Shown here: positions 37,572 to 46,777 of the stretch, piece by piece | Position numbering within the stretch: the stretch's first letter is position 1 | Layout of the letters: each line of letters starts with the position of its first letter | Assembly: GCA_041744215.1 (NCBI GenBank) | Contig: JBGTLG010000006.1 | Location: forward strand, 165,632 to 229,631 | Length of the DNA stretch: 64,000 bases | DNA from: Fimbriimonadales bacterium | Lineage (GTDB): Bacteria; Armatimonadota; Fimbriimonadia; Fimbriimonadales; ATM1 | Reading direction: 5' to 3' | Notes under the pieces: model-generated | Databases searched by the model: none | What the model was told of the DNA's origin: nothing | What the model saw: the letters and a program-made list of their open reading frames with translations, nothing else | Position numbers and translations under genes: made by a program

Positions 37572-39931
37572 AACTCACTGAAGAGCAGCAGCGCGCGATT
37601 GAATCGCCTGACGAAAGTTTGGCAGTGGTCGCTGGAGCGGGCGCAGGGAAAACACGTGTCTTGGTGGAGCGGTATCTCGGACACGTTTTGGATGAGGGCA
37701 TCAGCCCAGAGCAGATTCTTGCTATCACTTACACAAGGAAGGCTGCGGCTGAGATGAAGGCGCGAATCGTTCGCAGGCTGCGTGAGCTCGGACGCAACGA
37801 AGATGCGCGGCTCGCGCAGGTCGGTCCCATCTCAACGATTCACAGTTTGTGTGAACGATTGCTGCGCGAGTATCCATTCGATGCGGGCATCGATCCTAAG
37901 TTCGAAGTACTCCCTGAAGGTGAGTCGAGCGAGATCGTGAGGCAGGCAGTGCGAAGGGCGCTTGTCCGGTCGGAAACACTCGGTGAATCGACTAGGACCC
38001 TGATCCACAGGATTGGCGGCGAGCGACAGAGAGGTGTTTTTGGAGGGTCATCAGCGCGTCTGCTCGATTGGGTCGGCCGCACGATAGATAAGTCTCGCGT
38101 CATGGGATTGCGACCCGATGACATCGCTCCATTTGCTGACAACCCAGTAGCGGTGCTGGCGTGGTGGGACGACTTTCTCGACAGCCAGATTGAGACAGAT
38201 TTAGGTGAGCGACCACCAAGAGACTGGAAGCTGAACACGAAGCAGCTGAAGGCAGTGTATCGCGCAGCAGGACGATCCGCTCCGAAATGGTTCAATTCGG
38301 ATGCCGATCCTCCGACAGAGAACGACGCTGCGATACTGTCCGCCGGACTGAGCGAGCTTTCAACGATAGCGTGGCGGGAACTTTTGGCCGAGTTTGACCG
38401 ACTGCGCGCGCTCGATTTCAATGAACTTGAGTATCGAGCGTGTGCGTTACTACAGGCGAGGCCCGAAGCATTGAAGGGCAAGTATCTTCGGCTTATGTGC
38501 GACGAAGCCCAGGATCTCAATCCGATGCAACATCGCATTCTCGACGCGATGCCGGTCGAGCGCAGGTTGTTCGTGGGTGACCCCCAGCAGTCGATCTTCA
38601 GATTTAGAGGAGCTGTGCGAAGCTTGTTTGTCGAGAAGGTGGAGTCACTTCCGACTGTTCGACTTACTACGAACTGGCGATCGACCACGAAGATCCTGCG
38701 TGCGGTCGACACTGTGTTTGCCCCGTTATGGCCGACAGACTATGTGGCAATGAGGTCTCCTGATGACGTGCTGACCACCGATGGTGACCCATTCGAATCA
38801 GTCGAGGGGACCGGCGTTCCCATAGAGATCTGGCGAACGCAGCGGAACAAGTGGGATGATGGAACGGCCCGCGGACTGTCGAGTTTGATCGAGGAAGGAA
38901 TTGATCCAGGCAGCATAACGGTGTTGATTCGCGAACACTGGCAGGTTGATTCACTGGCGGTTGCGATGAGGAGCCGAGGAGTTCCTTTTTCGATCGCGCC
39001 AAACGTTGGCAGAAACTACTTTTTACGTGCAGAGATTTACGACCTGGCGTCTGCACTCCGCGCGGCCTGTGATCCTTACGATACTTTGCCTCTCTTGTCC
39101 TTGCTTAGATCTCCGTTGGTTGGCATTACGCTTAACTCCGTTGCCAAGCTTGGCTTGGACGCTCAAGAGAATGGGGATTCTGTATGGCAGATTCTGCTCA
39201 CGGGGCCACAGACCGGTTCACCCAGTGATGATGAGTTGTTAAAAGTGTTTTTAGAGTGGTTCGAGCCTTTGACAAAATCGGCAGATCGATTGCCCGCGTG
39301 GCAGGTGCTTTCCGAAGTCTTCGGGGCCACAAAGATTGATGCTCGCTTAGCACGAATGCCGGACGGTCCGCAGTTGATTGCGAATACACGCAGGCTGCTG
39401 AGCGTAGCTGCAGATCGAGGTGAGATGGGAGCGCGTGAGTTCGCGGATTGGATCGAGTCTCAGCAGCAGTTGAGAGTTCGTTGGGGCGATGCTGCGAGCC
39501 AATCGGACTCAGCAACGGCGGTCAGAATCACGACTGTACATCAGGCAAAGGGTTTAGAGTGGGATGTCGTAGTGGTCTGCGGCAGGGCGGGCAGGAAGAA
39601 AGCTCTGGAGCCGCCCGCGACGCATGAAACCCTTGTCACCCCTGTCGTTCCCGTGGGCGATATGAAACCGATGGTATATCGCTTACTTGAATATCGAGAG
39701 AGCGAAGCAGCACTCGCCGAAGAACAGCGACTGCTTTATGTCGCGATGACTCGGGCACAATCGCGACTTGTCGTTGTTGTTCCAGATTCGGTTGCAGGCG
39801 ATGCGTGGGCGCCGAAGGTGCGTGATCGTCTTGCTCCCAATTGGCAGGGTTCCGAAAGCGTTAAGGTTCGGGATTTGACGCAGGATTCGGCTCCTGCTCA
39901 CGAGGTTGCGACACGAGGGTCCAAGCAATAA
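37568..39931 (+). CDS. addA: AddA-like UvrD-family helicase without a C-terminal nuclease domain
   Basis: AGAGAGKT, ITYTRKAA.EM, DEAQD, VGDPQQSIFRFRGA, NWRS, TVHQAKGLE, LYVAMTRA. Confidence 0.8.
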   Translation: MKLTEEQQRAIESPDESLAVVAGAGAGKTRVLVERYLGHVLDEGISPEQILAITYTRKAAAEMKARIVRRLRELGRNEDARLAQVGPISTIHSLCERLLREYPFDAGIDPKFEVLPEGESSEIVRQAVRRALVRSETLGESTRTLIHRIGGERQRGVFGGSSARLLDWVGRTIDKSRVMGLRPDDIAPFADNPVAVLAWWDDFLDSQIETDLGERPPRDWKLNTKQLKAVYRAAGRSAPKWFNSDADPPTENDAAILSAGLSELSTIAWRELLAEFDRLRALDFNELEYRACALLQARPEALKGKYLRLMCDEAQDLNPMQHRILDAMPVERRLFVGDPQQSIFRFRGAVRSLFVEKVESLPTVRLTTNWRSTTKILRAVDTVFAPLWPTDYVAMRSPDDVLTTDGDPFESVEGTGVPIEIWRTQRNKWDDGTARGLSSLIEEGIDPGSITVLIREHWQVDSLAVAMRSRGVPFSIAPNVGRNYFLRAEIYDLASALRAACDPYDTLPLLSLLRSPLVGITLNSVAKLGLDAQENGDSVWQILLTGPQTGSPSDDELLKVFLEWFEPLTKSADRLPAWQVLSEVFGATKIDARLARMPDGPQLIANTRRLLSVAADRGEMGAREFADWIESQQQLRVRWGDAASQSDSATAVRITTVHQAKGLEWDVVVVCGRAGRKKALEPPATHETLVTPVVPVGDMKPMVYRLLEYRESEAALAEEQRLLYVAMTRAQSRLVVVVPDSVAGDAWAPKVRDRLAPNWQGSESVKVRDLTQDSAPAHEVATRGSKQ

Positions 39932-41066
39932 TGCCCGCGACTAGCGCAAGTGCGCCGGCGATGATGTAAGGCAGTCGTATCGAGACAGCAAAGGCGGATT
40001 GTCCGATCATGGGCCCGAGGATTCGCGCCCAAGAGCCGAGTGCCGACGTGATTCCGAATACGCCTCCCTGCATTGCTGCGGGCGCGGACCGACTAATCAG
40101 GGATTGTGTTGTGGGTGTCGTCATTGCTGCTCCGAAGCAGAGCAGAAAGCTCCCTGCATACAGCCACGGGACACTCGGAACGAAAGGAATGATCGCAAGT
40201 CCGGGTGCGACCAGGAGCAGTCCGAGGCGTGCGAGATTTGCTTCTCCGAATCGTTTCGTCAACGGCCCCACCAACAGGCCTTGATAAACTGCGATTTGGA
40301 TGCCAATGAAGCCGAGGAAGACTCCTGCCTCTCGCTGCTCAAATCCGAACTTGTAGTTGCTGAAAATGACGAAGGTCGATTCGAGATTTGCGAATCCGAG
40401 ATTGTAAGCGAAGAACATCACTAACAAGACCGCGAGCCCCGGGATAGCGAGTGCGGAGAACAACACGCGCAGGCTGAAGCTTCTCCTTTCGGCGTCGACG
40501 GGTTGTTCCGCCCGACGCTCGAACAGAAAAAGCTGGATCCAGATCATGTTGAGAAGCGCAATTGACGCGCTGACGAGTCCCAGGGTTACCGGTCCACCGT
40601 AGTAAACAAGCAGGCCACCAAGCGGCGGTCCAAAAACGAAGCCAAGTCCGAAGGCTGCGCCGATAAGGCCCATGCTCTTGGCGCGGAGTTTTGGCTCGGT
40701 GTGGTCGGCCACGTACGCGTATGCAGACGCCATGTTCGACGATCCGATCCCGCCCAGAATTCTTGCAAGGAACATAAGGGGCAGCGTCGCTGCGAATGCG
40801 TAGGCTACAAAGCCGAGGAGGTTCAGGAATGCGCCTCCGAGGAGGATCGGCTTCCGGCCAATGAAGTCGCTGATCCTGCCGGCGAATGGTGAGACGACGA
40901 ACTGAGCCAAGGAAAAGCTTGCTATCACCGCGCCAGCGAGCCAGCCTTTCGCACCGAGTTGGTCGGCGCGGATCTGGATGTCTGGAATCACGATCCCGAA
41001 GCTGAGCATGTCAATCAGAACCGTAAAGAAGATCGCGGTCATGGGGCTCGGCTTGCGATGGAACAT
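39861..41066 (-). CDS. MFS transporter, TetA/DHA1-like
   Basis: Motif A GRISDFIGRK, ARILGG, motif C GFVFGPPLGG; about 12 TMs; 3' end overlaps addA. Confidence 0.92.
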   Translation of the reverse strand: MFHRKPSPMTAIFFTVLIDMLSFGIVIPDIQIRADQLGAKGWLAGAVIASFSLAQFVVSPFAGRISDFIGRKPILLGGAFLNLLGFVAYAFAATLPLMFLARILGGIGSSNMASAYAYVADHTEPKLRAKSMGLIGAAFGLGFVFGPPLGGLLVYYGGPVTLGLVSASIALLNMIWIQLFLFERRAEQPVDAERRSFSLRVLFSALAIPGLAVLLVMFFAYNLGFANLESTFVIFSNYKFGFEQREAGVFLGFIGIQIAVYQGLLVGPLTKRFGEANLARLGLLLVAPGLAIIPFVPSVPWLYAGSFLLCFGAAMTTPTTQSLISRSAPAAMQGGVFGITSALGSWARILGPMIGQSAFAVSIRLPYIIAGALALVAGIIAWTLVSQPREQEPNPASNPEP

Positions 41067-41102
41067 TCCGCGCGATTGTGGCTTACGGGTAGGCTTTCGC
41101 GT

Positions 41103-41723
41103 GTGATCCGACCGACAATCTTCGCGACCCTTGCGCTTTTTCTTGTCGGCGCCGCGACCGCCGATCGAATCATATCGATGCCCACCGCCTACACGATTCA
41201 GCGAGGTGAAGCGAAGGTGGAACTTATGGGATTCGGAGAGGGTTTGCGTTACGGCTGGCTGAGGGTTGACGCTCAAGTCCTTCCGTTCGTCGAGGTCCAG
41301 GCGTACGGATTGCGAATGCCGGGCGACAGGGAGCGATTCTCATTGAATGCGCAGTACTCAATTCTCCAGCCGTTCCCAGATCTGATACCTGGAGTGAGCG
41401 TCGGGGCGCTTGACATAACAAACGATGGCGACATCGGGCGATCTGCATACGTTGCGCTGACATTTGTTTCGAACGTGTATTCCGATTGGGCGGAGATGGA
41501 GCGCATATCACTTACGCTTGGCGCGGGTTTTGGCGGCATCGGAGAAGGGGTTTTCGTCGGATTGCATTTGCCAATGTTTCGACGCGTTGCCTTTATTGGA
41601 GAGTACGACACAAGGCGAATCACCGCTGGGTTCGATTTTGAAGCGATACGCGATGTGGGTGTGCGACTCGTGTTTCGTGATGGTCAGCCGGCGATAGGAT
41701 TGCAGTTTCGCAACCTATTCTAG
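41103..41723 (+). CDS. Small outer-membrane beta-barrel (YjbH-like)
   Basis: Signal peptide, IISMPTA, alternating beta strands, terminal Phe. Confidence 0.65.
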   Translation: MIRPTIFATLALFLVGAATADRIISMPTAYTIQRGEAKVELMGFGEGLRYGWLRVDAQVLPFVEVQAYGLRMPGDRERFSLNAQYSILQPFPDLIPGVSVGALDITNDGDIGRSAYVALTFVSNVYSDWAEMERISLTLGAGFGGIGEGVFVGLHLPMFRRVAFIGEYDTRRITAGFDFEAIRDVGVRLVFRDGQPAIGLQFRNLF

Positions 41724-42370
41724 TCTCGGGCAGGTTGGCCTGCTTCCTCGAGCAGCGCGCCAATCTTCTCCATCAAAACTAGCGGAAACTGTCGCTTTGC
41801 TTCTTCGCGCCCAACTTCGTTGCTTAATTCAGCGAACGTGAAGGGCTCTCCAAAGTTGACAGTGACGCGACACATCTTTGGGAGCTTTGCGCCCTTCGGC
41901 AGGCGCTTGAGCGTTCCTGCAATCCCAATCGGGACGATTTTTGCGCCGCTTCTCGATGCAAGCAGCGTAACTCCTTTGTTTGAGGGGAGGAGCCTGACGC
42001 CGTCACCTCTGCGTCCTTCAGGGAACACGAGAACGACGCTGCCTTTTTCGAGCGCATCGATCGCGATCCGGATCGCAGTAGTGTCGGCCTCTCCTCGGCG
42101 TACTGGAAAAGAGCCGAGCTTCCGGATGAGCCATCCAAAGATTGGAACGTCGAACAGTCCCGCCTGGGCCATGAACCGCAAGGGCCGATGTGAGGCGCAC
42201 GCGATCGCGGGCGGATCTGCAAACGAAACGTGATTCGGCGCGAGGATGACCGGGCCTTCCTTGGGCACTCGGTCGTGGTTTAGAACGCGAAAACCTCCGA
42301 GCATCCGAAAGAAGAGGACCCGCACGGCGAAGCGCACGAATCTGTAGAGCAGGGTCGGAGATTCTGCCAA
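41720..42370 (-). CDS. plsC: 1-acyl-sn-glycerol-3-phosphate acyltransferase (PlsC family)
   Basis: NHVSFADP, FPVRR, FPEG. Confidence 0.9.
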   Translation of the reverse strand: MAESPTLLYRFVRFAVRVLFFRMLGGFRVLNHDRVPKEGPVILAPNHVSFADPPAIACASHRPLRFMAQAGLFDVPIFGWLIRKLGSFPVRRGEADTTAIRIAIDALEKGSVVLVFPEGRRGDGVRLLPSNKGVTLLASRSGAKIVPIGIAGTLKRLPKGAKLPKMCRVTVNFGEPFTFAELSNEVGREEAKRQFPLVLMEKIGALLEEAGQPARD

Positions 42371-42420
42371 AGTGGGCGGAAGTGTACCGGGCCGAGGTGC
42401 TTCGTGCAAAACTTCCCGAA

Positions 42421-43191
42421 ATGAAGATTGCGACGTTCAATGCGAACTCGATTCGCGTCCGCCTATCCACGGTTCTTGACTGGCTCGCGCGGCATGAGCC
42501 GGATGTGTTGGCTATTCAGGAGACCAAGGTCGAGGATGCCAAGTTTCCAATTGCCGACTTCGAAGAGGCAGGATGGAACGTTGCGATCCACGGAATGAAG
42601 ATGAGGCAGGGCGTCGCGCTCGTTTCGCGTTCTCCGATTCTGAGCGTCCATTGCGGTTTTGAGGACGGTGCGTGGCCGGAGGATTGTCGCCTAATCACCG
42701 GAGTTATCGATGGCGTCACGATCATCAACACCTACGTCCCAAATGGAACTCAAGTAGGCTCGGACAAGTGGGATTACAAACTCAGATGGTTGCCCAAGTT
42801 TGGACAGTATGTTAAGGATCGGTATCATCCAACTGACAACGTGCTTTGGGTTGGCGACATAAACATTGCTCCAACAGAAGATGACCTTTTCGAAGCCAAG
42901 CGGCACGCGAACGGAGTTGGGTTTCATCCGGATGAACGTGCGCTTCTAGCCGAGTTGACTTCGTGGGGATGGCAAGACACTTTTCGAAAGCACACCCAAG
43001 GTCCAGGGCATTACACGTTCTGGGAGTTTGTGATTCCCAAGGCATTCGAACGCAACCTCGGTTGGCGAATCGATCACATCTACGCGACTCAGTCGATGTA
43101 CGAACGGTGCACGTCGTCGGTAATCGATCGAGAGCCAAGAGGATATGAACGACCTAGCGATCATACGTTTGTTGTGTCTGAGTTCGATTAG
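42421..43191 (+). CDS. xth: Exodeoxyribonuclease III
   Basis: MKIATFNANSIR, QETK, YVPNG, GDINIA, GWRIDH, SDH. Confidence 0.95.
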   Translation: MKIATFNANSIRVRLSTVLDWLARHEPDVLAIQETKVEDAKFPIADFEEAGWNVAIHGMKMRQGVALVSRSPILSVHCGFEDGAWPEDCRLITGVIDGVTIINTYVPNGTQVGSDKWDYKLRWLPKFGQYVKDRYHPTDNVLWVGDINIAPTEDDLFEAKRHANGVGFHPDERALLAELTSWGWQDTFRKHTQGPGHYTFWEFVIPKAFERNLGWRIDHIYATQSMYERCTSSVIDREPRGYERPSDHTFVVSEFD

Positions 43192-43220
43192 CATTCGGCC
43201 CGACGGGCGATCCTGATCTC

Positions 43221-43925
43221 TTAGAAATCGAATGCAAATGCAATGCCAAAGACGAGGTTGCTGCGCTGGCCAGTGTTCGGGCCCATTCCGCTTTGGAGTC
43301 TGCTGGTGTACAAAATGCTCGGGGTTAAGACGCCGCGGGCGAGGCTGATTGGAGCAGAGAACTCGAGGCCCCAATCGGAGAAACCTGACTGAGCAGTCTC
43401 GTACCAATAGCGGTTGTGGTTTCGCGAACCCCATCCCATCCAGCCATCGATGCGGAGCGGAACAGCCGAATCGCATACCAAAAACTCGTGCAGCGTCGAT
43501 GACAGACTTGCTCTTGCGTAGAGTCCGCTTGACGCCGTGTCGAAAGCGATCTCTACATTCGGAGCGACATTCCCATCCAAGCCAATGGAGGCCGTCGCTT
43601 CCCAATAGCCGGCTTCTCTTGGGTTAGGGAATTCATATCGAGAAAATGATAATGTGCTCGAAGCAGGGCCGATCGTGCTTGTGTACGAGAGAATCGCATC
43701 CAACTCATTGAGTCGGCCATTGGAGTCTACTGACGCCCAGAGCTCGAAGCTAAGCGATTCGCGCTCAAAGCCAATAGTTGGCTGCACCACGAGGCTGTCG
43801 GTGACGGCCAATCCACGCCAAACGTACTTAGTGCGGACGGCGATGTCAGCGTAAAACAGCGCGCCATCAGACGCGCCCGCTGTTGCGGCTATTGCGCAGG
43901 CAGCGCAAAGATTTGGAAGCTTCAT
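43221..43925 (-). CDS. Putative outer-membrane porin (TorF/Gcw_chp-like)
   Basis: Signal peptide, TKYVWRG..VT...VVQP, terminal FDF. Confidence 0.7.
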   Translation of the reverse strand: MKLPNLCAACAIAATAGASDGALFYADIAVRTKYVWRGLAVTDSLVVQPTIGFERESLSFELWASVDSNGRLNELDAILSYTSTIGPASSTLSFSRYEFPNPREAGYWEATASIGLDGNVAPNVEIAFDTASSGLYARASLSSTLHEFLVCDSAVPLRIDGWMGWGSRNHNRYWYETAQSGFSDWGLEFSAPISLARGVLTPSILYTSRLQSGMGPNTGQRSNLVFGIAFAFDF

Positions 43926-43960
43926 ATAGACAAAGACTGAATAACGTTGATGACGAGGAT

Positions 43961-44506
43961 TTAGAAGCCGCCAGAGTGCTGATAGCTCGAATAGGATTGG
44001 ACGGACGATCTAAACTGATCGGCGACTCCAATGCTGGAGAAAGGTTCCGGTCGAAACGTCGCCTCTCCAAAGCCTGCGCTTGGCTCGAGGCGATCCGTCC
44101 ACGCGGAGTAGCCAGAAGGTTCGTACCTGGAGTACGCGACTGACGCGTATGCGCTGTTCGCCTGTAACTGCCATCGCGCGACAGGGGCGTTGTTCCCACC
44201 GAGTGCATCCATCGTGGCCCCATAGTTTGCAAAGAACTTCCCGGCTACGAACGTTGGAAGATTGTCGGAGAGCCGCACGAGTCGCCATCGGAAACTCTCG
44301 TGCGTGCCGCTCACTTGTCTGAGAGTCGACGGAGGAAGGATCAACAAGTCGGCGAAAGCTGACACTGGAGCCAACTTGGCGTCACTGGATCGCTGAACCC
44401 TCTGTGAAGGCGCTACTTCGGTCGGCTCGGTCGCGAAAACCGCCTGTGCTGGGACTATGGCTCCCAGCGCCACAGCGAACAGGGCGAGTCGGACTAGATT
44501 CGTCAT
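43961..44506 (-). CDS. Secreted hypothetical protein
   Basis: MTNLVRLALFAVALGAIVPAQA signal; GAGGA upstream. Confidence 0.6.
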   Translation of the reverse strand: MTNLVRLALFAVALGAIVPAQAVFATEPTEVAPSQRVQRSSDAKLAPVSAFADLLILPPSTLRQVSGTHESFRWRLVRLSDNLPTFVAGKFFANYGATMDALGGNNAPVARWQLQANSAYASVAYSRYEPSGYSAWTDRLEPSAGFGEATFRPEPFSSIGVADQFRSSVQSYSSYQHSGGF

Positions 44507-44528
44507 TCCTCTGTTATTATCGGCTCCC

Positions 44529-45464
44529 ATGCCACTCCTACTGACGCGCGATGACGTCGAAGCGATCCTTTCGATGGATTTGGCCATCCTCGCGATGCGG
44601 CAAGCCTTCGGAGCGCTGGCGCGCGGAGAGGTTAGCCTGCCTCCGAGGACGATACTTCCCCTCGATGGCGGAGCTACCCATCTGTCTATGCCGTGCTCCT
44701 TGGAGACCGGCGAACTCGCGATCAAGGTGGTCACTTTGTTCCCCGAAGCAGACCCTGCTATTCGCGGGCTCGTGCTGCTGCACTCGAGCAAGACCGGCGA
44801 ACTCCTCGCGATCATGGATGGGGAGTCGGTGACAGCGCTCCGAACAGGCGCAGCCAGCGGCCTCGCGACAGATTTGCTTGCCAGAGACGGTGCGCATGTT
44901 TTGACGGTGTTTGGTGCGGGGACTCAGGCGAGGACGCAGATTGAAGCGGTTCGGTGTGTTCGCCCCATCGAACGCATCTTGATTGTTAATCGCACGCACT
45001 CCCGAGCGGTGCAGTTGGCATCGGAGGTTGGGGGTGAAGTTCTGGGTGCGGATGAGGCGGTCGCGGCTGCGGACATTGTTTGCACGGCGACAGACTCGCC
45101 TACGCCGTTGTTTGACTCGACTCGAGTGACGCCCGGAACTCACATCAATGCTATTGGCAGCTACCGGCCAGATCGGCGTGAGCTGGATGACAAGCTGATT
45201 TGTGAAGGGCGTGTGTATGTGGATCACGTCCCTGCAGCGAAGCTGGCGGGAGAGTTTGTGATGGCGGCTGGTTGGAAATGGGAGAATCTTGTTGGAACGC
45301 TCGGAGGAGTAATCGAAGGGATTGATACGGGGAGGACATCGGAGGACGAGATTACAGTTTTCAAAAGCGTGGGAGTCGCGGTCCAAGATGCAGTTTGCGC
45401 TCAATTGATCTATGAGCGCGCTGTCGACCAGGGGATTGGAGTCACCTTCGATTTTGAAGCATAG
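44529..45464 (+). CDS. Ornithine cyclodeaminase/mu-crystallin family (probable pyrroline-2-carboxylate reductase)
   Basis: TALRTGAASGLAT, GAGTQA, HINAIGS, FKSVGVAVQD. Confidence 0.88.
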   Translation: MPLLLTRDDVEAILSMDLAILAMRQAFGALARGEVSLPPRTILPLDGGATHLSMPCSLETGELAIKVVTLFPEADPAIRGLVLLHSSKTGELLAIMDGESVTALRTGAASGLATDLLARDGAHVLTVFGAGTQARTQIEAVRCVRPIERILIVNRTHSRAVQLASEVGGEVLGADEAVAAADIVCTATDSPTPLFDSTRVTPGTHINAIGSYRPDRRELDDKLICEGRVYVDHVPAAKLAGEFVMAAGWKWENLVGTLGGVIEGIDTGRTSEDEITVFKSVGVAVQDAVCAQLIYERAVDQGIGVTFDFEA

Positions 45465-45548
45465 TCAGGAGCTTCCACTCAAGTAAGCGGGATCAAGTCG
45501 CAAGATGAAAGTTGATTCTTTTCGATGATTACAGGTCGCTTCAGAGCC

Positions 45549-46532
45549 CTACTTGAGTAGAAAGCCGCTGCCGATCAGATCATCGTCGGAGATAATGAAC
45601 TCTGATCTTGCAACGATGAACGCGCTTCCACACACCTCAGGCACGATTCCTCGCAATTCCTCCGCGAACTCCTCGCGAATCGCTTTCACACTGAACGTTG
45701 AGCCGATGATGCTCTCGACCGTGATTTCCTCATGCATGGATAGTTCGCCGCGCACGTAGTGAAGCGCAGCGCGTGCGGAGATCCCAGTTCCTGTAGGAGA
45801 GCGGTCAACCTCCCCGTCCGCAAAAACACAGACATTGCGGCTGTGGTGCAATGGATCGTGAGGTGGCCCTACAAAGATGACGCCGTAGAGGAATCCCAAG
45901 TCATCACCGTCCGGATGCCGAATATCCTGTTGATCCGCGATAGCAGACTTGATTGCGGTCGCGACTTCGATGATCCGGCTTGTCTCCTGTGGAACGAGAT
46001 TCAGTCGGAGCCTGTCTGCGTCGACAATTGCGTAAAAGGCGCCCCCGAACGCGATGTCATAGAGCACCGTTCCAACGTGGGGGACGTAAACCTCAAGGCC
46101 CGTTGCGTAAGGGTACGAAGCGACGTTCTCGAAGGAGACGCGCGATACTCTGGATCCATCGACGCTAACTTTCGCCATCACGCGGCCGATAGGGGTATCG
46201 AACCGAATCTCGTTTCCTTTGAACATCCCTTCTTCGACCAGGATCGTTGAGAGCGCGATGACTCCGTGGCCACACATGGTGCTGTAACCCTCGTTATGCA
46301 AGAACAGGACGCCATAGTCGCCGTCCCGAGTAACCGGCTCAGTCAGGATCGCGCCATACATATCGACGTGACCGCGTGGCTCCCATAGCAAAGCTCGACG
46401 CACCGGGTCAATGTGCTCCCTTGCCCACCGCCTCTTCGACGCCATCGTTTCACCAGGGATCGACGGCAGCCCGTCGAGAATGAGCCGGAGCGGTTCGCCC
46501 GCGGCGTGCGCGTCAATGCATCGATAAACCAC
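45549..46532 (-). CDS. Proline racemase family, Cys/Thr type (trans-3-hydroxy-L-proline dehydratase)
   Basis: DAHAAGEP, EPRGH, MCGHG and DRSPTGTG. Confidence 0.85.
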   Translation of the reverse strand: MVYRCIDAHAAGEPLRLILDGLPSIPGETMASKRRWAREHIDPVRRALLWEPRGHVDMYGAILTEPVTRDGDYGVLFLHNEGYSTMCGHGVIALSTILVEEGMFKGNEIRFDTPIGRVMAKVSVDGSRVSRVSFENVASYPYATGLEVYVPHVGTVLYDIAFGGAFYAIVDADRLRLNLVPQETSRIIEVATAIKSAIADQQDIRHPDGDDLGFLYGVIFVGPPHDPLHHSRNVCVFADGEVDRSPTGTGISARAALHYVRGELSMHEEITVESIIGSTFSVKAIREEFAEELRGIVPEVCGSAFIVARSEFIISDDDLIGSGFLLK

Positions 46533-46554
46533 GCCCGGAGTTTAATCCCACCGG

Positions 46555-46583
46555 TTGCCAATTGTTTTGCCCGCAGGTATAAT
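46555..46583 (+). promoter_or_regulatory. sigma70 promoter of the ABC operon
   Basis: TTGCCA-17 nt-TATAAT, about 195 nt upstream of the start. Confidence 0.75.
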
Positions 46584-46777
46584 GCGCGCACTTCGACGCT
46601 GGTGACCGGCCCACCCTTAGCAGGCGTCAAGCTCGTCTTCTGCCACTTTTCGTGGCCCTGTAAACCCGATCTCGCGCTAACGCGCCCTGTTGCGTACTTG
46701 CGCCTCGGACAAAGACGTCTAGCAGGCTCCCGACTCATGTTTGCGCGTCCTACTGCCATTTTGGGAGAGGTGTCCCC

